Shown: piece by piece, positions 34,268-42,677 of the stretch
Layout of the letters: every line of letters begins with the position of its first letter
Numbering within the stretch: position 1 is the first letter of the stretch
Source of the DNA: a bacterium
GTDB taxonomy: Bacteria; Patescibacteriota; Minisyncoccia; UBA6257; 2-01-FULL-56-20
Length of the DNA: 44,517 nt
Assembly: GCA_021777495.1 (NCBI GenBank)
Contig: JAJYDL010000002.1
Span: forward strand, 1 to 44,517
Reading direction: 5' to 3'
The notes under the pieces: generated by a model
What the model was told of the DNA's origin: nothing
Seen by the model: the letters and a program-made list of their open reading frames with translations, nothing else
Database searches by the model: none
Position numbers and translations under genes: made by a program

Positions 34268-34675
34268 ATGCCGAGGTATCGCAGTATCGCATTTTGCATA
34301 TTGGCGGCCATGGCCTTCGCGTGCTGCGGGACCGTTTCCGTCCGCGGTCAGGAACGGGGATATATGGTCATCCTGAAGCCCGAAACGGTCGCAAGCAAGC
34401 TTGCCGGGGACAGTGTTTGCCAGTACTTTCTGCTTTCCAATCTCGGGTATCTCAAGGAGAAGGAGGTGGGGTTCCAGTACGCCACCCCTTCGGGAAGCAT
34501 CGAAAGCGATGTCATCGAAGCGGGGAAGGGATCCGTCGTGATCGATGCCTCGAGGGACGTCCCTGCCGTCCAGAAGAGCATGACGAACGGTACTCCTGCG
34601 TGGGTCATCCTCATCAGTTCCGGTACGTACAATACCAACAGGGAATGCCTCGAGGGGCTTCCTCTTCAAAAATAG
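34268..34675 (+). CDS. Hypothetical secreted protein or lipoprotein
   Basis: A strong SD (AAGGAGG) lies 7 nt upstream of the ATG. The signal peptide is MPRYRSIAFCILAAMAFACCG, and a terminator follows. Confidence 0.6.
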   Translation: MPRYRSIAFCILAAMAFACCGTVSVRGQERGYMVILKPETVASKLAGDSVCQYFLLSNLGYLKEKEVGFQYATPSGSIESDVIEAGKGSVVIDASRDVPAVQKSMTNGTPAWVILISSGTYNTNRECLEGLPLQK

Positions 34676-34690
34676 TCGGTAGAAGAACGC

Positions 34691-34716
34691 GGCCGATCCC
34701 CATGGATCGGCCTTTT
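34691..34716 (+). terminator. Rho-independent terminator
   Basis: GGCCGATCC-CCAT-GGATCGGCC is followed by TTTT. Confidence 0.65.
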
Positions 34717-34752
34717 CCCTCTTTTGCCGTTTTACCCGGCCCGACTTCGTTG

Positions 34753-35754
34753 TTATCCCTGCCCCTTCACGATGTTTGTCGGAGTTCCTTTCGTGAACGC
34801 CACGATGTTCTGAATGGTGGTGTCGAGTATCCTGAAATATGCCTCGCGCGTATTGAACGCATTATGAGGGGTGACGATGACGTTCGGAAGGGAGACGATG
34901 TCGGCATCGACGGAGGCATCGCCCGCCTTCATGAGCGCTTCTTCTTCGAGTACGTCGAGTCCGGCGCCGCCGAGTTGTCCGTTCAGGAGCGCCGTCCGGA
35001 GCGCCGCCGTTTCGATGATGGCGCCGCGCGCGGTGTTCACGATGTAGGCGCCTTTCTTAACGAGGCCGATGTTGCCGCTGTTGATAAGGTGGTGCGTGCT
35101 CGGGAGATAAGGGGCGTGGATCGTGATGACGTCGCTCCGCGAGAGGAGATCGCCGAGTTCGAGATACGGGAACCCCATTTCCTTCGCGAATGCGTCGTCG
35201 TGGTAGACGTCGTAGGCGACGATATCCATGCCGAATCCCTTGCCGAGCTGTATGGCGTGCTTGCCGATGCGGCCGGTACCGATCACGCCGAGCGTCTTTC
35301 CCTTCAGATCGAATCCGCAGAGTCCGTCGGTCGCGAAACGGTGCTCCACCTGCACGCGCGCGCTCGATTCCCGCACTTTGCGCGAGAGCGCGAGGATGAG
35401 GGCGAACGCGAATTCGGCGACGGTGTTCTCCCCGTATGCGGGCACGGATGACACGGGAATCCCGCGCCCGCCCGCCGCTATGAGATCGATATGGTCGAAT
35501 CCCGTCGACATCGTCGCAATGAATTTGAGATTGGGAAGCGCTCCGATCGTCTCCGCATCGACGGGAGAATCCATGAATACGGCCGCAATATCGAAATCTT
35601 TGTCCGGCGGAAGGGTGTCCTTGCCGAGGACGCTGCTTACGATCTCGACCTCCACTCCGGCGTCCCGGAGCGCCTGGCTTCCGGCCACATATTGTTTACC
35701 CTCTTCACCCCATTTTTCAAAGTTGAAAAATGCCGCTTTATGGTTTGTGCTCAT
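34753..35754 (-). CDS. D-isomer-specific 2-hydroxyacid dehydrogenase (D-lactate, glycerate or hydroxypyruvate reductase type)
   Basis: It has the NAD fold GVIGTGRIGKHA and a catalytic-domain layout (...R.....E....H) typical of the family. Confidence 0.85.
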   Translation of the reverse strand: MSTNHKAAFFNFEKWGEEGKQYVAGSQALRDAGVEVEIVSSVLGKDTLPPDKDFDIAAVFMDSPVDAETIGALPNLKFIATMSTGFDHIDLIAAGGRGIPVSSVPAYGENTVAEFAFALILALSRKVRESSARVQVEHRFATDGLCGFDLKGKTLGVIGTGRIGKHAIQLGKGFGMDIVAYDVYHDDAFAKEMGFPYLELGDLLSRSDVITIHAPYLPSTHHLINSGNIGLVKKGAYIVNTARGAIIETAALRTALLNGQLGGAGLDVLEEEALMKAGDASVDADIVSLPNVIVTPHNAFNTREAYFRILDTTIQNIVAFTKGTPTNIVKGQG

Positions 35755-35760
35755 GATCCT

Positions 35761-35769
35761 ATTATAGCA
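35761..35769 (-). promoter_or_regulatory. Extended -10 TGCTATAAT, 6 nt upstream of the ATG
   Basis: The minus strand reads ggTGcTATAATaggatcATG. Confidence 0.45.
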
Positions 35770-35826
35770 CCGCCGCTTCGTGGCGCACGAAACAGGAAGA
35801 GACGCGGGTGCGTCGGCGTAGTCCCG

Positions 35827-36213
35827 TCACGACACCACGCCGCCCCCGTTACCTTTTCCGTACATGCGTTCCTTTGCCGCCGCAAGTTCCGCGATGATCT
35901 CGGGATTGCAGATCTTATGGAAGCGCGGAACGGGCGGTGCGTCGCCGTTCGCGGGTACGTCGCCCATGAACATCGAGGCGGGGCGCAGGAACCAGAGCTT
36001 GCCCGCCTGATATGCGGGCGATTCTCCGTAGAGCGGACGGTAGATGACCATGTAGGCGTCCGGATCCCTCCAGTCCATTTCCGTGGCGCATCCCGTACCG
36101 AGCACTTCGTAGGCGTAGTTGTTGAGCGGTCCCGCGGGATCGTGTTTGTAATGGTAGTAAAAGCCCCGTTCCGGGAGGTCCTGCGGCGGGTGCATCGCGT
36201 TGTTCTTCGGCAT
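35827..36213 (-). CDS. DUF1653 domain protein
   Basis: GFYYHYKHD......YAYEVLG......D....MVIYRPLY....W.RP...F is the DUF1653 pattern as I recall it. Confidence 0.65.
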   Translation of the reverse strand: MPKNNAMHPPQDLPERGFYYHYKHDPAGPLNNYAYEVLGTGCATEMDWRDPDAYMVIYRPLYGESPAYQAGKLWFLRPASMFMGDVPANGDAPPVPRFHKICNPEIIAELAAAKERMYGKGNGGGVVS

Positions 36214-36219
36214 GGTCTT

Positions 36220-36225
36220 ATTATA
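36220..36225 (-). promoter_or_regulatory. -10 box TATAAT, 6 nt upstream of the ATG
   Basis: The minus strand reads taggTATAATaagaccATG. Confidence 0.4.
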
Positions 36226-36236
36226 CCTATAATACA

Positions 36237-36261
36237 GGGCGCGGATGGCATATCCGCGCCC
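36237..36261 (-). terminator. Hairpin terminator after ppsA
   Basis: GGGCGCGGAT-GGCAT-ATCCGCGCCC has T-rich flanks on both strands. Confidence 0.55.
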
Positions 36262-36298
36262 TTATTCATACACTGCCCGATCCTCGTCTTATCGCCCC

Positions 36299-38746
36299 TT
36301 ACCTCTTCTTTTGGAGGAGTTCTTCTTCCTTCGCCACCGCCATCGTGGTGCGGACGACGGTGTCCGGATTGAGCGACATGCTTTCGATGCCGAGCGTGAC
36401 GAGGAATTGCGCGAAATCGGGATAATCCGAGGGCGCCTGGCCGCAGATGCCGATGTATTTCTTCCGCGCGAGACATGCGGGAACGACCTCGGCGATCAGT
36501 TTCTTCACTGCGTCGTTCTTTTCGTTCGACACATGGCTCACGATGCCCGAGTCGCGGTCGAGGCCGAGCGTGAGCTGGGTGAGGTCGTTCGAACCGATCG
36601 ACATGCCGTCGAAGACATCGAGGAAGCGGTCGGCGAGAAGCACGTTTGCCGGGATCTCGCACATCACATAGATGGGGGTGGTGTCCGTCGTCTTTTTCTT
36701 GTCGCGGGCCGCAATGTAGTTCGTGACGAGGCCCGCGTCCGCCATCGCCTCCTGCGTCTTCACGCCTTCTTCCACCGTGCGGCAGAAGGGCACCATCGGG
36801 ATGACGTTCGTAAGGCCGATCTCCTCCCGCACCTTTTTGATCGCCTCCGCTTCCATCATGAACGCCGGGCGGAACTTGGGATCGTAATAGCGGGATGCGC
36901 CGCGCCATCCTATCATCGGATTCTCCTCGTGGGGCTCATAGGCCTCTCCGCCGAGGAGCGTGCGGTATTCGTTCGACTTGAAGTCGCTGAAGCGCACGAT
37001 CACATGATTCGGCCAGAACGCCGCGCCGATCTTCGCGATGCCGAACGCGAGATTCTCCACGTAGTATTTCCGCGGATCGCTCCAGCCGCGCATCTTTTCC
37101 CGGATCGCCTTCCGCACCGCCGGTTTCAGATCCTTCATGTTGAGGAGCGCGAGGGGATGGAGCCCCATCTTCGAGGCGATGATGAACTCCTCGCGGGCGA
37201 GGCCGACGCCCGACTGCGGAAGGAACGAATCCGCGAACGCGTTCTCCGGCACCGCCACGTTCACCATGATCTTCGTCTTGGGGCGCGCGATCTTTTTCAG
37301 ATCGTGCTCCGTCACCTTGAATTTGAGCGCTCCTTTGTAGAGCGAGCCCGTGCTGCCCGTCGTATCCACCGTGACGATTTCGCCCGTCTTCACCGCTTTC
37401 GTCGCCGTTTCGGTGCCCACGATCGCGGGGATTCCGAGCTCGCGCGAGACGATCGCCGCGTGCGAGGTGCGGCCGCCCTTGTCCGTCACGATCGCGCTCG
37501 CGATCTTCATGATCGGCTCCCAATCGGGGTCGGTCATCGTGGTCACGAGCACCTCGCCCTTCTTGAAGTCGTTGATGTGCTTCGCATCGAGGATGACGCG
37601 CGCTTTGCCGCTCGCGATGCTCGATCCCACGGAGGAACCCGTGACGGCCGGCCGGTCCGCGGCGCCCTTCATGAGTTCGTACTCCTTGAGTTTCGAGAAA
37701 TCCTGATTCGCGTGCACCGTCTCGGGGCGCGCCTGCACGATGAATATCTCTCCCGTCGTGCCGTCCTTCGCCCACTCCATATCCATCGGCGTCCACTTCT
37801 TATAGTGCTCGGTGTAATGCGCTTCCACGATGGCGCCCCAGCGTGCGAGCTGCATTGCTTCCTTGTCCGTCAGCACGAAGGAATCCCGTTCCTTCGGCGA
37901 TGTCGGGACGATCTTCGTCTGTTGGATATCCTTGCCCTTGTGGTAGATCATCTTACGGAGCTTCACGCCGAGCTTCTTGTCGATAATGGGGGACTTGATG
38001 CCTTTCTTCATGCCCTCCTTCCAGATGATGAACTCATCGGGGGTCACCTCGCCTTTCACGATCATCTCGCCGAGGCCCCACGAACCGTTGATGATCACGA
38101 TGTTCGGGAATCCCGATTCGGTGTCGAGCGTGAACATGACGCCGGAGCATGCCTTGTCCGAGCGCACCATCTTCTGCACGCCCGCCGAAAGCGCGATCTT
38201 CATGTGGTCGAAATGGCGGTCGGCGCGGTAGGAGATGGCCCGGTCGGTGAAGAGCGACGCCATCGTGGCGCGCACCGCGACGAGCACTTCCTTCGCGCCG
38301 CGGATGCCGAGGTAGCTTTCCTGCTCTCCCGCAAAGCTCGCGCCGGGGAGGTCCTCCGCGGTCGCCGACGACCGCACCGCGACGTCCGAATTCTTGCCGT
38401 AGCGCTTCTCGAGCTCGTGGTACCGCGCCACGATCTCCTTTGCGAGGTCGGCGGGGAATTCCTTTCTCATGATGGCATCCCGCACGAGCTTGCCGCGCCG
38501 CTCGAGGTCTTTCAGATTCTTCGTATCGAGGCCGTCGAGCGTTTTGCGGATGAATCCGTCGAGGCCCGTCTGTTCCATGAAATGGAAATAGGCGGCGGCA
38601 GTGACGACGAAGCCCGAGGGTACGGGCACTCCTTTCTCTTTCAGCGTGCGGATCATCTCTCCGAGCGAGGCGTTCTTGCCGCCTACCTGGCCTACGTCTT
38701 TTATACCTACTTCTTCGTACCGTACCGTGAATCGTGTATTGTCCAT
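36299..38746 (-). CDS. ppsA: Phosphoenolpyruvate synthase (pyruvate, water dikinase)
   Basis: The start was taken at MDNTRFTVRYEEVGIKDVGQVGGKNASLGEM. It also has the phospho-His swivel TDKGGRTSHAAIVSRELGIP and a C-terminal PEP-utilising domain with CGQAPSD. Confidence 0.9.
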   Translation of the reverse strand: MDNTRFTVRYEEVGIKDVGQVGGKNASLGEMIRTLKEKGVPVPSGFVVTAAAYFHFMEQTGLDGFIRKTLDGLDTKNLKDLERRGKLVRDAIMRKEFPADLAKEIVARYHELEKRYGKNSDVAVRSSATAEDLPGASFAGEQESYLGIRGAKEVLVAVRATMASLFTDRAISYRADRHFDHMKIALSAGVQKMVRSDKACSGVMFTLDTESGFPNIVIINGSWGLGEMIVKGEVTPDEFIIWKEGMKKGIKSPIIDKKLGVKLRKMIYHKGKDIQQTKIVPTSPKERDSFVLTDKEAMQLARWGAIVEAHYTEHYKKWTPMDMEWAKDGTTGEIFIVQARPETVHANQDFSKLKEYELMKGAADRPAVTGSSVGSSIASGKARVILDAKHINDFKKGEVLVTTMTDPDWEPIMKIASAIVTDKGGRTSHAAIVSRELGIPAIVGTETATKAVKTGEIVTVDTTGSTGSLYKGALKFKVTEHDLKKIARPKTKIMVNVAVPENAFADSFLPQSGVGLAREEFIIASKMGLHPLALLNMKDLKPAVRKAIREKMRGWSDPRKYYVENLAFGIAKIGAAFWPNHVIVRFSDFKSNEYRTLLGGEAYEPHEENPMIGWRGASRYYDPKFRPAFMMEAEAIKKVREEIGLTNVIPMVPFCRTVEEGVKTQEAMADAGLVTNYIAARDKKKTTDTTPIYVMCEIPANVLLADRFLDVFDGMSIGSNDLTQLTLGLDRDSGIVSHVSNEKNDAVKKLIAEVVPACLARKKYIGICGQAPSDYPDFAQFLVTLGIESMSLNPDTVVRTTMAVAKEEELLQKKR

Positions 38747-38957
38747 ACTATATATAGGTGAATTGATGTGTTTGTATCCGCATCGGTCGTTTCTGCCGGT
38801 TTCGTTTGCCCGCACGTCCGTCCGGTTATCCGCCCCGTATGCAGTGCGAGCGTTGGGCGTCCGTTCCCGAAGAGCGGATCCGGGGCGGGGACCCGGAGAG
38901 CCCTTCATCGCCCGGCGACCGGGCGGTCATCGATGGGGTGAGCGGCATCGTCGAGGA

Positions 38958-40280
38958 TCAGAGCTTGAGCGCAATGATGATGTCCGACACGTTCGATCCC
39001 GTGTCTCCCGTCATGATCCAGTTTCCGGCCTTCCTGAACAGGGGATAGCTGTCGTCCGCGGCAAGGGCCGCGGCGGCATCGAGGCCCGCATCGGCGATCG
39101 CTTTCCGCGTGACCGCATCGCAAAGCGCGCCCGCGAACTCGCCGTGGTCGCGTCCGTCCGAGGCGAGCGAAAGAATGACCTCGTGTTCCTCGATTGCGGG
39201 GAGCGCGGCGAGGCATACCTGGAGGTTCCGTCCGCCTTCGCCGTTCGCGTTGCGCACCGTGACCGTCGTTTCCCCTCCCCAGAGGAGCACCGATCGTGCG
39301 GGCGCGGAGCGGAGCTCGAACGCCACCATTTTCGCCACCTTTTCCGCTTCGCCGGTAAGCTTCGTGCCCCGGACCTCCGCCGCGAATCCCATCTTTTTCG
39401 CCGTGCGCCGCATCGCCTCGAGCGCCTTTCCGTTCGATACCGCGAGAATGTTCGTCACTCTTTTGAAATATTCATCCTCTTTCGGGGTTTCGATGAGCCC
39501 GCACCGTTCGAGGGAGCAGGTCTTCAGCACGCCGTAGCGTTCGAGGATTTCGGCAGCATCCTCGGCGGTCGAGGTATCCTTCACTGTCGGGCCAGAGGCC
39601 ACGAACGAGATATCGTCGCCCGGGACGTCGCTTATGATGAGCGACACTACCCGTGCCGGATATGCGTCCTTCGCGAGATAACCGCCCCGTGCGTAGGATA
39701 CGTGCTTGCGGACCGTATTGATCTCCTCGATGCCGGCTCCTGCATCCGTAAGAATCGTGAAGATATTCGCCTCTTCGCGGTTCGCGGGGTCCTGGGGGAG
39801 GAAGAGGAGCGTCGATCCGCCGCCCGATACCATGAAAATGACAAGGTCCTTTTCCGAGAGCCCTTTGAGCGCCGCAACGATGGCCTGCGCGGCGTGCAGG
39901 TTCTCGTCCGAGGGGAGGGGGTGGGTGCCGCAGAAGGCCGCGATCCTGCCGGTTTTCGAGGGCGGACAGGCTTTCACATCCACGACGACCCCCCGGGAGA
40001 TATGTTCGCCGAGGATGTCCTCCGCAACCGCCCCCGCTTCGGCCGCGCATTTTCCAATGGCAATGAATACGACGTCACCGACCGTATCGAGGTCGAACGT
40101 GAGGGGCTGGGTCCCGCTTCCCACACCGTCGCCGAGGTGGAGCGTGTGGTCGTCCTCCATGCGGATCATGTCCCGCATCACCGTCTCCGTGTCGATGGCC
40201 TCAAGTCCCGCTTCGGCGATTGCAAGCGTCGCGCGTCGCGCGTCCGTTGTTGCGAGATCGTCGAAGTTTTTTATTTTCAT
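38958..40280 (-). CDS. Glycerate 2-kinase / hydroxypyruvate reductase-like protein (DUF4147 + MOFRL)
   Basis: The size (440 aa), ...FIAIGKCAAEAG..., ...SGGGSTLL... and the C-terminal ...LASDGRDHGEFAGA... fit the MOFRL family. Confidence 0.75.
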   Translation of the reverse strand: MKIKNFDDLATTDARRATLAIAEAGLEAIDTETVMRDMIRMEDDHTLHLGDGVGSGTQPLTFDLDTVGDVVFIAIGKCAAEAGAVAEDILGEHISRGVVVDVKACPPSKTGRIAAFCGTHPLPSDENLHAAQAIVAALKGLSEKDLVIFMVSGGGSTLLFLPQDPANREEANIFTILTDAGAGIEEINTVRKHVSYARGGYLAKDAYPARVVSLIISDVPGDDISFVASGPTVKDTSTAEDAAEILERYGVLKTCSLERCGLIETPKEDEYFKRVTNILAVSNGKALEAMRRTAKKMGFAAEVRGTKLTGEAEKVAKMVAFELRSAPARSVLLWGGETTVTVRNANGEGGRNLQVCLAALPAIEEHEVILSLASDGRDHGEFAGALCDAVTRKAIADAGLDAAAALAADDSYPLFRKAGNWIMTGDTGSNVSDIIIALKL

Positions 40281-40286
40281 ACATTC

Positions 40287-40292
40287 ATTCTA
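40287..40292 (-). promoter_or_regulatory. -10 box TAGAAT, 6 nt upstream of the ATG
   Basis: The minus strand reads agaTAGAATgaatgtATG. Confidence 0.4.
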
Positions 40293-40411
40293 TCTTCTAA
40301 TGGGGAGCGGAACAAACATTCATCCTTTGAAGGACCATGCGGTCCGCCGGCGTCGGTTTCACTGGATTCTTGCGCGGAAAATGTGCAGCAGTTTTGACGT
40401 CGTTTTTATAT

Positions 40412-40439
40412 TTGATTTTCTTCCGAAAATCGATACAAT
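40412..40439 (+). promoter_or_regulatory. Sigma70-like promoter for tRNA-Gly (TTGATT, 16-nt spacer, TACAAT)
   Basis: The sequence reads TTGATTttcttccgaaaatcgaTACAAT, ending 15 nt before the tRNA 5' end. Confidence 0.5.
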
Positions 40440-40454
40440 AAAGCAGTCAACGTT

Positions 40455-40525
40455 GCGGGTATCGTATATCGGTATTATGTCACCTTGCCATGGTGAAGAG
40501 ACGGGTTCGACTCCCGTTACCCGCT
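40455..40525 (+). tRNA. tRNA-Gly (anticodon GCC)
   Basis: The acceptor is GCGGGTA/TACCCGC. The anticodon arm is TCACC-TTGCCAT-GGTGA and the T-arm is ACGGG-TTCGACT-CCCGT. Confidence 0.88.
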
Positions 40526-40639
40526 CCCTCCTCGCATTCCCTTTCCGGGAGTGGTCCGTGTTCGATCGAACGCGGACCATCGCTCGGCCTTCGATGGCCC
40601 TGCGGTTTCCTGAACAGAGAATACGAGGAGGGAGCGGGT
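40519..40639 (+). other. Long hairpin element whose 5' arm starts inside the tRNA-Gly 3' acceptor strand
   Basis: acccgctccctcctcgcattc (40519..40539) pairs with gaatacgaggagggagcgggt (40619..40639) at 20 of 21 positions. The interior holds a 26-nt palindrome, GGTCCGTGTTCGATCGAACGCGGACC (40553..40578). Confidence 0.65.
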
Positions 40640-40778
40640 GGTAAAGGATGAATGCCGGCGGACAGGTGCCGGGCGTGCAACTTTTCCATCCCGCGATGCG
40701 TAGTACCTTGCAGTACCGTTGTTCGGGGTCATGACGCATCTCTTGCAGCACCTCACACCACACATAAGGAGAAGTCCA

Positions 40779-41243
40779 TTGTTTTTGAACCAATTCGGCA
40801 GATGGCTTTTGGGCGAGATCGCCCTTCTTGGCAGGATCGTATTGGTTACGCTTGCCATCACGGGTCTCGCTCCGCAATCGCTGTTCGCCGCTTCTTCAAC
40901 GCTTAGCGCTTCCCCTCGCACGTATCATGCGGCAAGAACCTATTGGCGGTTCGCACGCGCCTCGTGGTACGGACCCGGATTCTTTTTCCATTTCCGGAAG
41001 GACGGCAAGCGTTACTGGAAAGACGACGTGTTTTTGGCAAGCCGGTCCTTTCCGGTCGGAACCGTCGTCCGCATAGTCAACCTCAGGAACGGGAAAGCAA
41101 TGACCCTTCCTGTCAGAGACCGCGCCCCGGGGTATAGGGGACGCGAGTTCGACTTCTCCGCCCGCGCGGCGGAGCTGATCGGCATGCGCGAGGATGGCGT
41201 GGTGTCGGTGATGTACGAGGTGGTAGCATATGCCAATCGATGA
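40779..41243 (+). CDS. RlpA-like double-psi beta-barrel (septal lytic transglycosylase-like) protein
   Basis: ASWYGPGF......G.......ASRSFPVGTVVRIVNLRNGKAMTLPVRDRAP supports the call. The TTG start at 40779 has AAGGAG 7 nt upstream. The ORF track opens at 40719. Confidence 0.75.
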   Translation: MFLNQFGRWLLGEIALLGRIVLVTLAITGLAPQSLFAASSTLSASPRTYHAARTYWRFARASWYGPGFFFHFRKDGKRYWKDDVFLASRSFPVGTVVRIVNLRNGKAMTLPVRDRAPGYRGREFDFSARAAELIGMREDGVVSVMYEVVAYANR

Positions 41244-41265
41244 TCTCGGGCATATCTTCATCGCA

Positions 41266-41297
41266 GGCGGCGCACGTTTACGTGCAGCCGCCTTTTT
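41266..41297 (+). terminator. Rho-independent terminator after the RlpA-like gene
   Basis: GGCGGCGCACG-TTTA-CGTGCAGCCGCC is followed by TTTTT. Confidence 0.7.
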
Positions 41298-41346
41298 CAT
41301 ATCCGCAGGGCTCGCCGCGGGCGTTGCGCATTCCGTCCGCCTCGCC

Positions 41347-41352
41347 TACAAT
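41347..41352 (+). promoter_or_regulatory. -10 box TACAAT, 8 nt upstream of the dcd ATG
   Basis: The sequence reads gccTACAATcaggagtaATG. Confidence 0.35.
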
Positions 41353-41360
41353 CAGGAGTA

Positions 41361-41954
41361 ATGATCCTTTCCGACCGTGATATCAAGAAGGCGATCAAGG
41401 AGGGGCGTATCGTGATCGATCCCATGTTTCCCCATGCGCTCCAGCCCGCTTCGGTGGATCTCCATCTCGGGGCGGATTTCCTCGTATTCCATACCGAGCG
41501 GCACGTGTATATCGATCCCAAGGAACCCGTCGATGAGATGATGGAGCGCGTTTCGATCGACGGCACGCGGCAGTTCATCCTCCATCCCGGCGAGTTCGCG
41601 CTCGGTATGACCTACGAGGTCACGGGGGTCGCCGACGACATCGTGGGGCGTCTCGAAGGGAAGTCGTCGCTCGGCCGCATTGGCCTTCTCATTCACGCGA
41701 CGGCCGGCTATCTCGATCCCGGCAACAAGCTCAAGATGACGCTCGAGCTTCACAACGTCTCACCCTTGCCGATCAAGCTCTACTATAAAATGCCCATCGC
41801 CCAGATGTCTTTTACGCCGCTTTCCTCGCCCGCGGAGCATCCCTACGGCAAATCCGCGCTCGGGAGCAAATATTACGGCGCCATGAAGCCTCAAGCCTCC
41901 CAGTATTGGAAGAATTTCAAAAAGAACAACGGGTGGATGCGGTTCGGAAAATAA
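41361..41954 (+). CDS. dcd: dCTP deaminase (dUTPase superfamily)
   Basis: MILSDRDIKKAI..G.I.I.P......QP.S.D..LG and ...GRLEGKSSLGR.GL... are canonical Dcd blocks. Confidence 0.88.
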   Translation: MILSDRDIKKAIKEGRIVIDPMFPHALQPASVDLHLGADFLVFHTERHVYIDPKEPVDEMMERVSIDGTRQFILHPGEFALGMTYEVTGVADDIVGRLEGKSSLGRIGLLIHATAGYLDPGNKLKMTLELHNVSPLPIKLYYKMPIAQMSFTPLSSPAEHPYGKSALGSKYYGAMKPQASQYWKNFKKNNGWMRFGK

Positions 41955-42001
41955 GGTATCGTGATGCGAGAACGCCGCTTTCGAGGAGGACCAGCGATCA
42001 T

Positions 42002-42631
42002 ATGAGACCGGGATTTTTCATTTTGGAAGGACCCGAGGCCGCAGGGAAGACCACCCAGCTCCGCCTCATCGTGGACGCGCTGAACGCCATCGGCCACGAC
42101 GTCCTTGCGAGCCGTGAACCGGGCGGAACCGCCATCGGCGAGCGGATCCGCGCCGTGCTTCTCGATCCGGGGAACGAAGGGATCATCCAGCCGCTCACGA
42201 GCATGCTGCTCTTCAACGCCTCGCGGCGGCAATGGATGCACGAAGTGGTCGAACCCGCGCTCGCCGCGGGGAAGACCGTGATCGGCGACCGTTCGTTCCT
42301 TTCGACGATGGTATACCAGGCATATGTCGAAGGGCTCGATCCCGCGTTCACGCGGGAGGTCTGCATGAAGGCCATGGGAGGGAGGATGCCCGACAGGATC
42401 TTCCTGCTCGACATTCCTCCCGAGGAGATCCGACGGCGTCTCACGAAGGACGCCATGGACAAAACCTCCCGCTACGATGTCATGGGCGATGCGTTCCATG
42501 CCAAGGTGCGCGAGGGGTATCTCGCGCAGAGAGATCTTTTCCCCGGCCTCATCGAACCGATCGACGGGGAGGCGCTCCCCGAAGAGATCGCACGGATCAT
42601 CGTGGGCCGCATGACGGACATCATGAAGTAG
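42002..42631 (+). CDS. tmk: Thymidylate kinase
   Basis: The internal ATG has GAGGAGG upstream. The P-loop is FFILEGPEAAGKTTQ, with ..SREPGGT and DRS motifs. Confidence 0.88.
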   Translation: MRPGFFILEGPEAAGKTTQLRLIVDALNAIGHDVLASREPGGTAIGERIRAVLLDPGNEGIIQPLTSMLLFNASRRQWMHEVVEPALAAGKTVIGDRSFLSTMVYQAYVEGLDPAFTREVCMKAMGGRMPDRIFLLDIPPEEIRRRLTKDAMDKTSRYDVMGDAFHAKVREGYLAQRDLFPGLIEPIDGEALPEEIARIIVGRMTDIMK

Positions 42632-42655
42632 GGACGCAAGGCGTCCCTTTTTGTT
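42631..42655 (+). terminator. Rho-independent terminator after tmk
   Basis: GGGACGC-AAG-GCGTCCC is followed by TTTTTGTTT. The stem begins in the stop codon. Confidence 0.65.
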
Positions 42656-42677
42656 TATCGCCCTTCATTTTTCCCTA

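Noticed and set aside
36245-38761. An 838-aa plus-strand ORF, with similar long ORFs at 25636..27447 (+), 38601..40397 (+), 42651..43937 (+), 30881..32095 (+), 12438..13991 (+), 11014..12414 (-), 21051..22523 (-), 22637..24124 (-), 15229..16515 (-), 33061..34224 (-) and 7023..8174 (-).
   Set aside because: Each is the mirror image of a confidently identified gene (ppsA, topA, glycerate kinase, thyX, nrdJ, rmuC, ftsZ, trmB-like, infB, GH18, pyrD, hisS). They have low-complexity R/H/D/E/G-rich sequences and no start context. They are a stop-codon-depletion artefact of high GC.
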